Positions 39,246 to 52,240 of a stretch of 64,000 bases of DNA are shown here, in pieces. Position numbers and translations under genes: made by a program. Origin of the DNA: Basidiobolus meristosporus CBS 931.73 (Eukaryota > Fungi > Basidiobolomycota); contig MCFE01000180.1 of NCBI GenBank assembly GCA_002104905.1, positions 62,001 to 126,000 of the forward strand. The letters run 5' to 3'. Positions within the stretch are counted from its first letter, which is position 1. Each line of letters opens with the position of its first letter. Under the pieces are notes generated by a model. It had not been told where the DNA came from, ran no database searches, and was given only the letters and a program-made list of their open reading frames with translations.

Positions 39246-41252
39246 CTTGAGTGTAGCTCCTTGAAAAAGTCGGGTGTGTGGTGCTGCACTTGAAAATTGG
39301 GTTTTCTATCCATCACAAGCGAGGTGAGGGAAAATCAGGATCCCTCCAGATCCGGGATCGAATCTCGTATCCAACCACTAATTTGACATCGGTTCTTGAT
39401 TAAATCGAACGGGTCCGGTCTGTTTCTTGACTGGGTGAGGGGCGATCTTGGCCCAGTCGTATTGATTGGGGGGAATTGAGGGAGTAGGTGATGGTGCTTG
39501 GGTTCTGCTAAACCGCTGTGCTGATTGACACCAACAACCGCCAAGATTGGTTAATGTTCCGGTTAAATAGATGAAAGGGTTTCTAAGTTTACCTGGCAAT
39601 CCGCCTCCAAATATGAGCAATGACCCTACAGATGTCACCTAACCTTTAGGTTGCCTTACAAACAGCAGCTGGCTCACTAAACCACCCGGCACATCAAAAT
39701 CGATTTCTCGATTGTTCAGGAAGGAATCTCAGTGATATGTAAGGTATGCGGAGCAGCTTCAAGTCTGGAATTCCCAAAGCTCCCCAAGAGTCCACGAACC
39801 GCGTCCCCGCAAAGCCACCCTCGGACTTGCCATTCTACACAGCATGGTTTCCTGTCTGGCTTGGGTTCAAGGCCTTTCAAAACTCGGGTCTGTGAGCAAA
39901 CCACTTTCTTTTCCATATCCCGTTGTACTCCTAAGCACCCACATCAATCTGCTGAAGCCCACAGTTTGCCCGAACACTCGTGATCCTAAGAACCCTATGC
40001 CTCTACTCCGCAGCCTATCCAAAATCCAGACCGCTCCTATACACAGGAAATCCCTCGTCCACCCAAATCGGTGGCAATCTACCCCGAACCTGGTTGCGAA
40101 GGCAAAATGCTGAGCTAAATACATCATGAGTAGGAGGATAATATTGCTATCTAGGGTGGTTGTGAGCTGGCTATGCTCAGTACTAAATGTGTATTCAAGT
40201 GGGTTTGCCAAACCATCTATGTCAGAAATCAATTCCCGTCTACGGCCAGGTGAACTATTCTAGATGCACCCACGCTCCCCCTCCAACAGGCGACAAGTGC
40301 CTCTGCAGCCAAGTGCTGGCAGGGTTTGATACGAAATAGAAGTACACATCCATCTGCCAGAGAATGCGGACCTTTGGCGACTAGAAGCGGGTAGATTGTG
40401 GACTGGAGGTGGCTTAGAATCATAGCAAACACCCATGGATCCGTTTTGTAGATGGCCATTACATCTAGGACTCCAGAGTTTCACAAATTCTTGATGGTTG
40501 GCAAAGAATTCATGACCGCACCCAACCTACACCGCCTGTGAAAGCCAATTGAAGACACCACGTGGATAGCTTGAGACTGGCTAGCTTCCTAGTGACATGG
40601 CTGATGGCAGTTGGTTGGATGTTAGGTTAGGGTATAGGGGCCATCAAAAATTTGTGAGATTGGCTAAGTGGCACTGGTGGGATCAAAGGAGTTGATACGC
40701 TTGTATGGTGCTCTCAAAGTAAAGAGAGTTGGGATGTGAGAGTGAATGGGTATTGATAGGGGGAAAGCTTGAAGACTGTAAATTCTGTACTGAGTCAACC
40801 AAAAGTAATGGTTAGAATTTTGGAGCATGGTCTTTGCTTACCAATTAATTGAGTAGAAGTGAGGAACTTAGGCTTTTATGTGGGCTAGGTTAAAGCTATC
40901 AAATAAGTACCATGAAAAGATCCAGGTATCATGGTGTTGTACTTATATCTGTTGTAAGAGTCTTGGAGATATTGGAAGTGATTTGGAGAACAAGTAGATT
41001 ATGTGGTTTTCACTTAATGATTTATTGAATGTAAAAGTAGTATTTATACTTTTACATGGTCTTGGCATTACAAACACGTAGAATAGGTTAAGGAAGGTCC
41101 CAAGAGCATGTGTGCAAAGTTTGGGGCTGTTTGGACAACTTTGAGAATTTTCATGTTCTGGGTACCTGGTATTTGGTGAAAATATTCAAAGTAAATCCCA
41201 ACAAGGAATTTGGTCAGTATTCTCTAGGATTTGAAGGTGATGATCTAAGTGA

Positions 41253-44200
41253 CTAAGTTAGGTGAATATTTAGGTGGAAAATACAAATTTTTACAACACT
41301 CCCACTCAGCTTAATGTTCATACTGACTAGTCCTAATTTTGACCTAAGATATTCAAACTTGTCTCTAGCTAATGGTTTGGTAAATATGTCTGCAATCATT
41401 TCATCTGTAGGACAGTAAACTAAGCTAACTAAGTTATTCTCTATAGCTTCACGTATGAAATGACGTCTGATATCTATGTGCTTGGTTCTAGCATGAAAAG
41501 TTGGATTTCTACCTAATTGTATACATCCTTGATTATCTTGAAATAAAGTAATAGGCATTTTTTGACACAGGCCTAAATCTGTAAAGAGCTTTCTTAACCA
41601 CATTGCTTCTTTTGTAGCTTCACAGGCTGCCATATACTCTGCCTCTGTAGTAGAAAGTGCTACGGTTGGTTGTTTTCTTGAATTCCATTAAATGGCTCCT
41701 TTACAGTAAAGAAAGGTGTATCCTGTGGTGGATCTTCTGTCTTCTAAATTTCGTCCCCAATCAGCATCAGAGTATCCCACAAGATCCTGTTCTGAATCCT
41801 TATAAGTGTATCTTATACAGATATCAGCAGTTCCTTTTAGGTATCTAAAAATCCGCTTAACTGCTGCAATATGATCAGATCCATAATTCTGATTATGTTG
41901 GCTGACAACTCCCACTGAATATGAGATATCTGGACGTGTTCCAAGCATGATATACATCAGACTGCCGACCATAGATTGACAAGGAAAGTCAGGGCTTTCA
42001 GATGGCACCAAGCTCTCTTGATTTGGTTGAGTTTTGACCAAGTTAAGGTTTGTCTCCATTGGGGTAGCTGCCGGTTTACAGTCTTCTATTTTGTACTTCT
42101 TTAGTATATCATGAATATACTTGGATTGGCTTAGGGTAATAGTCTGGGTACTTCTGTCTATGGAGAACTTAATCCCTGAGTAGTAACTAAGTTCTCCTAG
42201 ATCGGACATCTTGAACTCCATAGATAGGCTGGATTTAGTCTCTTCCAATGTTTCTAGGTTATTGGCGGCTATAATAAGATCATCCACATATAGAGCTAAT
42301 AGAACTGGATTTGCTCTATCTGGCTTATAGTATATACTATAGTCAGCATTACTCCTTTTGAAACTCAAAGATTCCAAATAAGAATCTATCTTGCAATTCC
42401 AGGCTCTTGGTGATTGTTTGAGACCATATAGTGACTTTTTAAGCTTGCAGACCAAATGGGGGTTATCTTGGTCAACAAACCCATCAGGCTGGTCCATATA
42501 CACGTCCTCATCAAGTTCTCCATTCAAAAATGCAGTTTTTACATCCATTTGATGAATAAAAAACTTATATTTGGCTGCAATAGCCAATATTAATCTGATG
42601 GAATTAAACTTGGCTACCGGTGCAAAGGTCTCAGTATAGTCAAGTCCTTTTGTTTGAGAGTATCCTTTGGCTACAAGTCTTGCTTTGTATCTTTCAATTG
42701 TACCATCAGCCTTGTATTTTGTCTTTAAGACCCATCTGCATCCAATTGATTTTCGGTTGATTGGTAATTTGACTAAGTCCCAAGTTTGATTTTCCATCAG
42801 TGCCTGATATTCCTCAGTCATTGCAGATCTCCAAAACTTTGTCTGAGGGCTATTTAGGGCCTCTTTTACAGTCTGGGGTTCATCAACATGGACTGAATAG
42901 GCATAGGCTAAGTTTGTACCCTCATTGATATAGTAATTTGGGCTATTTCTTGTCCGATTGGATCTCCGGGCATTTGATACTGGAATGATCACTTCTGGGA
43001 TATTCCTGGGCACTGATTCTGGCTGAACCACGGTTGTATAGTCCTCTGGAGTGAAAAAATTTTCATTGTTTTGCTCTGATTCAATCCTGACAATTGGTGG
43101 ACTTGAGATCAAATTTTTGTCATCATCTGATGTCATTTTTTGTGAAAATTTGAATTTTCATCAAACAACACATCCCTGGACTTGATCAGCTTCTTTGCTT
43201 CGGTATTGTAGAGTCTGTATGCCTTACTCTCATTGCAGTAGCCCAAAAATATGCATTTTACACTTTTTGGCTCAAATTTTGACTGATTTCCGGCCAGTTT
43301 TTTGGCATATGCTGTACACCCAAATATTCTTAGATGTTCTGCACTTGGTCTGTATCCATACCATGCTTCAGATGGAGTAGAATCACAAAGTATTCTGTTA
43401 TAACTCCTATTTTTAAGATATACAGCAGTGGCAACTGATTCCGCCCAAAAATCATAGGATAATTTTTGATCATGGATCATAGATCTTGCCATATCAATTA
43501 TTGATCTGTTAGCTCGTTCTGCTACTCCATTTTGCTGTGGGGAGTATGGTACAGTAGTCTCTTGCTTTATCCCATGAATTTTGCAGAAGTGGATGAAGAG
43601 TTTTGAGGTATATTCTCCACCATTGTCAGAGCGTATTTTCTTGATTTTTTCACCAGTTTCTCTCTCCACCATGGCTTTAAACTCCCTGAGCTTAGACAGA
43701 GCTTCTTCCTTTCTCTCCATGAAGTAGACCCATGTGTATCTTGTATAATCATCAATAAAAGTGATTAAATACTTCATCCCACCTAAGGATAAATTTTGCA
43801 TAGGTCCACACAGATCTGAGTGAATTAGATCTAATTTTTTCTTAGTTTTGATTAACCCAGAGCTCTTGAACGGTTGTCTGGCTTGTTTCCCATACATGCA
43901 GGCTTCACAGTGCTCCAAAATAGCCGGGGGATCAATTTTCACTCCAGAAATTAGCTGATCTTTGATCATTTTACGCAAATAATCAAAATTGATGTGTCCA
44001 AATCTCCTGTGCCAAAGCATTGGTGTTTCTTCATTTAAGTTACTTATATTGGCTTCCAGATATGATGGAATATAAGTCAACTTGTATAGGTTCTGATCTC
44101 TGATGCCCAAAGTAATATGAGCACCATTTTGATCAGTGATCCTGCATCCAGAATTGTCAAAACTGAAACCGAGTCCTTCTGCTGTTGCCTTGCTTACAGA

Positions 44201-45253
44201 GAGTAGGTTCTTGGCTATTTCTGGTACATAGAGTACTTCTTTAAAGGTCAGTGTATGGCTTCCTTCACTGCTTCTAAGGTTTACTTGGATAGTTCCTTCT
44301 CCCACTGCATCAAGTGTTCTATTGTCACCCATGAAAACCTTCTTAATTGGAATTTCTTGATATTGGGTAAAAAGTTCTTTTTGGTGTGTAAAGTGTTGAG
44401 AAGCTCCAGAGTCAATATACCACGTCTGAGAATCCTTGTTTGTGGTCATATTTAGTGCAGATATGAATAGTCTATCTTCAGTTGTTGCAGCATTTCCATA
44501 TTCAGGCTTCTTTTGCTGATAATCTCTCTTTTTGAAACACCGGTCTGATGTGTGTCCTTTCCTTTTGCAGTAGTTGCAAAATAGGTTGCTGTTGCCTCTG
44601 TAGGGTCTTGGGTACCTCCTTTGTTGGTTATTATTGCTTATTAAAGCATTTTCTTCTTCCTTCTTATTGGCACTTGATTTTCTTAATTCTTCATCCAGGA
44701 GCCTTCCATATACATAATTTAAGGTCAAATCTTCAGTTCTGGACTCTAGGGCTAATACAAGGCCCTGAAACTCGTCTGTCAGGCTATTCAGGATGGTAAC
44801 TATCACATCCTCATCAGTAGTTGGTACACCCACAGATTCCATCTCATCTACCAGCAGGGTAATTCAGTTAATTAGATTTTTCATTTCTTCTCCTGGCAGC
44901 ATCTTTGTAGTAAAGAATTTTCTTCTCAGATACATTTTCTTGGCAGCTGAACATGACTGGTAGGTGTCTTCTAATGCCTTCCAGGCATTCTTTGCCGTTT
45001 TTGCTCTTGAGCATTGAATTAGCAATTTGTCCTTGACATTAAGGCAAATGCAGTTAAAGGCACTTTGTTTTTTCTTCTGGTACTTTAAGGCTTCCTCTCC
45101 CACGTTTTTAGGAGGGCATTCTTCTCCCATGACAATATCCCAAAGGCCTCTTTCTTGCAGCAGCATCTTCATCTTCACCTTCCACACTTGGTAGTTAGAT
45201 CCATCCAACTTTTCAGCAGAGGGAAAAATTCCAGTAATAGCAGTGGTAGACAT
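41253..45253 (-). pseudogene. Copia gag-pol with three lesions: in-frame TGA 44864-44866, 1-nt frameshift ~43140, in-frame TAA 41688-41690
   Basis: ORF pieces carry the gag UBN2-like region, CNYCKRKGH knuckle, WYIDSGASQH protease, LIHSDLCGP/RSDNGGEY/QQNGVAER integrase, YVDD RT and YSDADW RNase H. Sister copies read AGA and TCA at the two stops. Confidence 0.95.
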
Positions 45254-45272
45254 TGCAGAGAGTGACAGCTCG

Positions 45273-45284
45273 GGGCTCATAACC
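45273..45284 (-). promoter_or_regulatory. PBS GGTTATGAGCCC (Ty5/copia hemivirus type, anticodon-loop half-tRNA iMet primer)
   Basis: Directly abuts the 5' LTR; same motif at 15565, ~15017, and decayed at ~46043 and ~61071. Confidence 0.85.
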
Positions 45285-45699
45285 TGTTGTAAGAGTCTTG
45301 GAGATATTGGAAGTGATTTGGAGAACAAGTAGATTATGTGGTTTTCACTTAATGATTTATTGAATGTAAAAGTAGTATTTATACTTTTACATGGTCTTGG
45401 CATTACAAACATGTAGAATAGGTTAAGGAAGGTCCCAAGAGCATGTGTGCAAAGTTTGGGGCTGTTTGGACAACTTTGAGAATTTTCATGTTCTGGGTAC
45501 CTGGTATTTGGTGAAAATATTCAAAGTAAATCCCAACAAGGAATTTGGTCAGTATTCTCTAGGATTTGAAGGTGATGATCTAAGTGACTAAGTTAGGTGA
45601 ATATTTAGGTGGAAAATACGAATTTTTACAACAATATCCAAAGCTCACATATGCTGGATGACCTAAATCTGGTCCATTTCCTTTTAGGTGTTGCTTGGA

Positions 45700-48600
45700 G
45701 TAATATTACAAAATTCTTGGTATACAGATGCATGAGATTTCTTGGGGTTGTCCAAAGTGAAGTCATTGTAATCATAACTTGTAACTTCTCTGCCAGGCCT
45801 TCCTTGGAGCACTATCATCAATATGTCAGGCATACAGAACAAGAAAGTGTGGTACATTTTCAAAAGCCCCAAGCCTTGCACACATATTCTTAGAGCCTCT
45901 CTAAGCATATTATATGTGCGTTTTTGCCAAGGTCATATAGAGGTATATATACTACTCTTACATTAAATCAATCACTGAGTGAAAAACATAAAATCAACTG
46001 ATTCTCCCAATCACTTCCAATATCTACAGGACTTTTAAAACAGGCTATGAGCACCAAGCTGTCACCATCTGGAACATCACTACAGCTACTACAAGAGCTC
46101 TTTGCTCTAAGAGTTCTGATATTTATTTGATGTAATTGGGAGAACAAGTAGATTATGTGGTTTTCACTTAATGATTTACTGAATGTAAAAGTAGTATTGC
46201 TACTTTCACATGATCTTGGCATAGCAAACACACAGAATAGGTTTAGGAAGGTCCTAAGAGCATGTGTGCAAAGTTCAGGGCTGTTTGAATAACTTTGAGA
46301 ATTTTCATGTTCTGGGTACCTGATATTTTGGTGAAAATATTCCAAGTAAATCCCAACAAGGAACTTGTTCAGTACTCCCTAGAATTTGAAGGTAATGATC
46401 CAAGTGAGTAAGTTGGGTGAATATTTAGGTGGAATTACAAATCTTTACAACATACTTTCCTATGCTTAAGAGCTGGACTGATTGAGCCATTTAGTGTGGA
46501 AGTTGAAGATAAAGATGCTGCTACTGGAAAGAGGCTTCTGGGATATTGATATAGGCAAAGTAGCCTTTAGGTACCAGAAGAAAAAACATAGTACCTTTAA
46601 CTGCATTTGCTTTAATGCTGCCCACAAATCACTAATTCAATACTCAAGAGCATAAGCAACAAAGAATGTCTGGATGACATTAGAAGTCACCTACTGGCCA
46701 TGTTAGGCTGCTGAGTAAACATCTTATACACAAACACTATATATTATCAAGATTCAATTAGGAGTAGAAAAGAAAAACCTAATCTACAGAACTACCTGCT
46801 GGTTTGGGAGATGGAATTAGTGTGCATACAGGCTATGGATGAAGGTCTGATATATATACCCTCCTGAATAGCCTCACAGTCAAGATTCAGGGCCTTGCAT
46901 CAGCCCAAGAGACTAGAACTGAAGATTTGATCTTTGATCTTGTACACAGAGAGCTGCTGGATGAAGTTAAGGACATCAAGTAACAATAAGAAGGTGAATG
47001 AAAATGCTTTATCAGGCTGTAATAACCACCAGAAAAGGTACCCAACACCTTTCAAAGGAAACAGCACCTTAGCCATAGCTAATGCATACAGAAAGCATAA
47101 ACATCACACTAGTGCTTTAAATACAGAGATATTAGCAGAAAAAGTCTAAACAAAGTAATGCTGCACCTACCAAAGATTGATTATTCATATCAGCACTCAA
47201 AACTACCACAAACAAGCCCTAAGAAAAAAAACTAAGAAAATGCAGGCATAATACCATCATAATATCAGCTGAATTCCAAGTTTTTCAAAGCAGATAGTTC
47301 TCAATATCTCAAATACTACTTGGGCACTCAAGCAGAAATATTTCCCAGGAGGAGACTAAGCCATGTAGCATTTATGCCAAACTTGGTAATTAGCAGACCA
47401 CTGCTTCCATCAACAATGGCAACCAAAAATCTGAACAAAAACCACCAGCTGAATACTGGCAAAATAGCATTAAAATACCAGCAGAAGACCGGCAAAATAT
47501 ACAGATAAACCCCTGAGGTAATGAGGAAAGCCACTTTCATGCATTGAAGAAGTACTTTAGGTTCTTGAAATAGCCAAGAGCCAATTATCTGAAACCAAGG
47601 ACACAGCAGAATGATCCAAGCTCAGTTTTGGCAATTCTGGATGCAGGATTACTAGTCAAAAGGGGTGTCCAAATTGCTTCTGGTATCAGTGATCAGAATC
47701 TCTGATATCTAATTTATACTCCACATATCTGGAGGCCAACATAGATGACTTGATTGAGGAACCACTAATGCCTTGGCACAGGAGATTTGCAACAAATCAT
47801 CATTGATTATGAGCAAAATTATCAAATATTAAAAAATTTCTTAAGTAAATTATTGATCCTCTGCAAATTTGGAGCACTGAGAACAATGTTTATATGAGTA
47901 ATGAGCCAGAGAGCTATTTGGGAGTGTTGGGTTAATTAGTACAACAAAAAGATCAAATATCATAAATCAAATCTTTGTGGAGCTTTGCAAAACTCATCTG
48001 TTGTGGAAAGAAATATATGATAGCATCTATTGATAAGTATACAAAGTAAACACAGTTATACTTCATGGAGAGAAAGAAGCAAGTACTGTTTAATCTCAGG
48101 GAACTCAAAGCCATAGTGGCAAGAATATTGGTGCAAAAATCAAGAAAATTTGCTTTGACAAAGGTGGTAAATATAACACAAAATGTTTCATCCACTTCTT
48201 CAAGATTCCTAGGAAAAAGCAGCTAGCCACTGTGCTACACTGTACACATCAAGATGGAGTATTAGAATGTGTTAAGGGATCTATAACTTCTATGGCAAAA
48301 GCTGTGATCCTTGATCAATCAATATCCTACAATTTTTGAACAGGATCAGTGTCTAATGCTCTATATCCTAAAACAGCAGCTGCAGCAGAATACTTGGGGA
48401 TCCTATTCCATTTGAGGCATGGCATGGATATAAGCCAAATGCAGGGCACATCAGAATACATAATTGCATAGCATAAGTCCAAAAACCTCTTGGAAATTAG
48501 CCAAAAGTTGAGCCAAAAGTACAAAATGCATATTGTTGGGCTAATGTATGGATAGTGAGGTATTCAGACTTGGCAATACTGCAGCAAACAAGATGATCAA

Positions 48601-49020
48601 GTTCTAGGATGTGCTACTTGTGAGAATATAAAACTTTCACAAAAACAACTTCATCTGATGATAGAGATCAACCCTCAAGTCCTCCTACAGTATGGATTGA
48701 ATTGGTGCCAAACAATGAGATTTTTTCACTTCAGGAAATCATACCACCACTGTACTGCCTGAGCTAGAGCACAAAAATATCCCAAAAGTGGTCAGTCCTG
48801 AATCACAAGGCTAAACCTTGAACCTGATCTCAAATGACCAAAACATTTATATCACTCAAGGTGCTAGCTTAGCTAATGCCTATTCAGTCCATACTTCTAT
48901 GCCCTATACTATCAAAGTGGCCTTAGATAGTCTTCAGACAAGGCTTTGGAGATCTGCAATGACTGTGGAATACCAGACTGTAATGGAAAACCAGACTTGG
49001 GACTTAGTCATATGACTAGA
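45700..49020 (+). mobile_element. Heavily decayed Copia copy (LTR remnant to ~46042, PBS-like ggctatgagcacc, gag to start of RT), interrupted by an LTR and by the 47220-47520 repeat
   Basis: Fragments align with the family, e.g. MENQTWDLV at ~48985-49010. Confidence 0.75.
46103..46452 (-). mobile_element. Copia LTR (solo-like)
   Basis: Colinear with 40950-41298; ends ...ttacaaca. Confidence 0.85.
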
Positions 49021-49767
49021 ATTACCCTGATCTGGTCTGCAAGCTCACAAGATATCCATACAGTCTTATTAATTGTCAAGACCAGGTAGTTGAAAGAAAG
49101 ACTCTTATTAGGAATCTCTGAGTCTCCCAAGAAGTACTGCTGATTACAATATCTCCCTATGAGAGATAATTTGGTCCTACTGGTGGATCTTACTCAGATC
49201 AACCATTAAGATTCTTCAATAAGGCCACGATAATGCCAGCAGCATGGAGCTTTAGGCCCTCTTCACAATCTTGTGGCTAGATAATGATGGTGTTTTAATG
49301 GTCTTCTGGCAAGACTTGCATGGCATTCTGACAGTCCTAATGCAGTCTGTGCTTATCTCAGTAGACCTAATCAGCCAAGGTATGCCATTACCTTCTATGG
49401 AAAAAAGCTTGACAGTGTCTTGGCAGCCTTGATGTGGACTTTTCTTGGCATTATTATAGCAGTACAGTGGCCTTCAGCTAGTTTTATATAATGCAACTGT
49501 GTCAATCTTTCAAATAGTATTTCATTTTTATCCCTCTAGTTGAGCCACTAGAGCAATGCATATATTCCACCATAAAATCACTTGTGTTTACTTGCATACC
49601 CACTGCTACTATACGTATTACACAAATACCTCAAATCAAAGAAGCAATGGCCTCTTGCTCATAAACCTCTACATATGCACACACTGACTGCAACTAATGC
49701 ACTACTGTCATCTCCACTTTATGGCTTTTCAGTGTGATACTTGCAAAGTTGTCATACACTTTGTATT

Positions 49768-50468
49768 TGTTGTAAAAGTTTGTAATTCCACCTAAGTATT
49801 CACCAAGCATAGTTGCTTAGATCATTACCTACAAATCTTAGTGAATACTGACCATATTCCTCTTTGGGATTTACTTAAAATATTTTGACTATAACATCAA
49901 GTACCTAGAACATGAAAATTTTCAGGGTTGTCCAAACAGCCTCAAACTTTCCCACATGCTTTTAGGACCTCACTGAACCTGTTCTACATGTTTGTTACAC
50001 CAAGATCATGCAAAAGTATAAATACTACTTTTACATTCAATAAATCATTAAGTTAAAATTGTTGTAAAATTCAAAATTCCACCTAAATATTCACCTAACT
50101 TAGTCACTTAGATCATTACCTTCAAATCCTAGAGAATAATGCCCAAATTCCTTGTCAGGATTTACTTAGAATGTTTTCACCAAAATATCAGGTACCCAAA
50201 AGATGAGAATTCTCAATGTTGTTCAAACAGCCCCAACCTTTGCAGTCATGTTCTTGGGACCTTCCTAAACCTATTCTATGTGTTTTTTATGCCAAGACCA
50301 GGTAAAAGTATAAATACTACTTTTACAATCAATAAATCATGAAGTGAAAGCCACATAATCTACTTGTCCTCCCAATCACTTGCAATATCTCTAAGACTCT
50401 TACAACAAAAACCACATAATCTACTTGTTCTCCCAATCACTTCCAGTATCTTCAAGACTCTTACAACA
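49768..50468 (+). mobile_element. Copia solo LTR (TSD GTATT) containing a second solo LTR at 50060-50407 (TSD AAAAT/AAAAC)
   Basis: Outer LTR resumes at 50408 (aaaaccacataatc...ttacaaca); gtatt at 49763-49767 and 50469-50473. Confidence 0.92.
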
Positions 50469-50944
50469 GTATTGCAGGTAGCATATACATCTTGCAAACA
50501 TATGCTTAGTTGCTGCCACTTCTTCCATGAATACCTCCTGAATATCTGCAAAATACTTTTTGGTACTTGGCTAATATATTCCTTCTCCCTGCTGGATTCT
50601 AGTCCCCCTTATAGGTGCATTCTGGTTCTTGTTTGTGCAAATTCTGTATTGAACTGTTGTTTATTCACAAAGCAATTCAATATTTAAACCTATATAGAAG
50701 TGATACAGCTGTGACACTATGTAAGGTGTGCTCCCTAAAACTCAGGAACATACTATGACAGTTTCAGGTTAAGTCTGCAAATAAGACCTACAATGGCAAA
50801 GACTAGTCTGGAATTGTTATGTATATTCTTAGCAGCAGAGTGATATCAAATGATACTGAATCTGTCCTTAGAACTTGTTGGGATATATTCTATCCCTTAG
50901 TTACAAGACCCTGAGGGTAATAAAGGTGACTTGGAGCACTAAAA

Positions 50945-51290
50945 GACTGGTACATTGTAAGCGTGTTATCTACACTGACTTGGCCACAGGGATCTTTGTT
51001 TACGCAGTTAATCATTTCCTGCCCATACCCCTTGTAGTGGTCTACGTTGGGAATTTCAATGCGGTGGAAACTGGACATTTCTGGTGAAAATATTACACGT
51101 TGCTTAAAAGACCCTGAACTGTGTACGTGTGTTATTGGGATTTTCACATGCGGATTCTAGGCGTTTGTAAAAGAATCAGCGCTACCAATAGATTCCATAG
51201 ATTGTTAATCGAACATCACATAATATACAGGTTCTCCCAATCACTCCCTATATCTCCGAAACCCCTCCAGCAACTTCAGGGAAGATCCCA
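50945..51290 (+). repeat. Very diverged Copia-LTR relic that retains CpGs
   Basis: gaaaatattacacgttgcttaaaagaccctgaactgtgtacgtgtgttattggga and cacataatatacaggttctcccaatcactccctatatctcc are colinear with the LTR consensus. Confidence 0.65.
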
Positions 51291-51299
51291 GCAAGCCAT

Positions 51300-52240
51300 G
51301 TACAAGACCTATGGTAATTTGGAAGAGTTCGAGAGCTTCGGTGATTTCTTGGACTTAGCTTCTTGCTAGGGTTTGACTGATTGGCTGGTGACCTGGTTTG
51401 TATGAGATTAGCCAGGTAGCAACAAAAGATGCCGGGGTAATCATCAAAGTTGACAGCCAGTTGGGGACGCTGGGGGTCCGGTTGCTCCCTGAACGTAGCT
51501 GAATCCCTAATTTAACAATTCCCGCTTTTGTTGGGTATTTCCATGGATGAGCACTCACTTACTATGCACCATATAACGGACCACGCGGAACACGGCCAAC
51601 CAAGCTTGTGGTGGTGACTATTAAGGGGGATTGGTGACGTCCATGATATCACCTTGAGCGCACGAACAGTTGGTCCAAAGGTCGCAACAAGTGGTACATG
51701 GTCCATCGCAGCATATCCCAGGGAGGTGCAGGCTCCAATTTGTCGCCGTTCACAAGAAGCGATGGTTGGGGCGGGCGGGTGAGACACCTGCGCCGCAACG
51801 ATTTGTTCGCCAACAGTAACTTGGCTGTAATGTTTCGCCTGGAACAGCGTGGCTGGCGAGTCAATTTGGGTAACATCCGGAGGATCTGATTGCAGGAATG
51901 GGCAGGTAATCTGATCAACCCCATTCTTGGTGGGAAATCGTCTGGTTCAGTAAATCCAACTCAATCCAGAGATGCATGCCTTTAGACATCAGTCAAATAC
52001 ACCAAGCGCAAGCCGCGCTCAGCAAGGCAGGTTTTGGGCTACAGCCATTACTTAGCTTACTCCGACACCCTGAATTGGTGTTGATGCTGAGGCAGGCAAT
52101 CTTACACTTGGCCTTGAGTACTTCGACTGCAACATCGTGTGGTGGCCTTGGGACATCGCGATGCCAGTGGGTCCGTAGTCAATCAACCTTCACATGGCCA
52201 GCCAATCAACTCACTCCATCATTTATCAGTGGATAGTTTA
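51300..52240 (-). other. Probable spliced gene, model unresolved
   Basis: CpG-normal; splice-like signals; protein-like frames such as DPPDVTQIDSPATLFQAKHYSQ and QLAVNFDDYPGIFCCYLANLIQ. Confidence 0.3.

Larger units (their letters stand above)
40950..45633 (-). mobile_element. Full-length young Ty1/Copia retrotransposon; 349-bp LTRs; 5-bp TSD ATATC
   Basis: LTRs 40950-41298 and 45285-45633 differ at 2 positions by eye; atatc at 40945-40949 and 45634-45638; PPT complement ctcccact at 41299; order gag-PR-IN-RT-RH. Confidence 0.98.

Noticed and set aside
39300-40500. Possible gene upstream of DIB1 (CxxC in ICKVCG; minus ORF 39867-40232)
   Set aside because: Open frames on both strands with no consistent model or family; left uncalled.
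40618-40640. gttaggttagggtatagggg as telomeric repeat
   Set aside because: Only one TTAGGG; not an array.
44864-44866. Copia gag TGA as a programmed read-through or a CGA-to-TGA CpG product
   Set aside because: Sister copies read AGA here, so it is most simply a private nonsense change.
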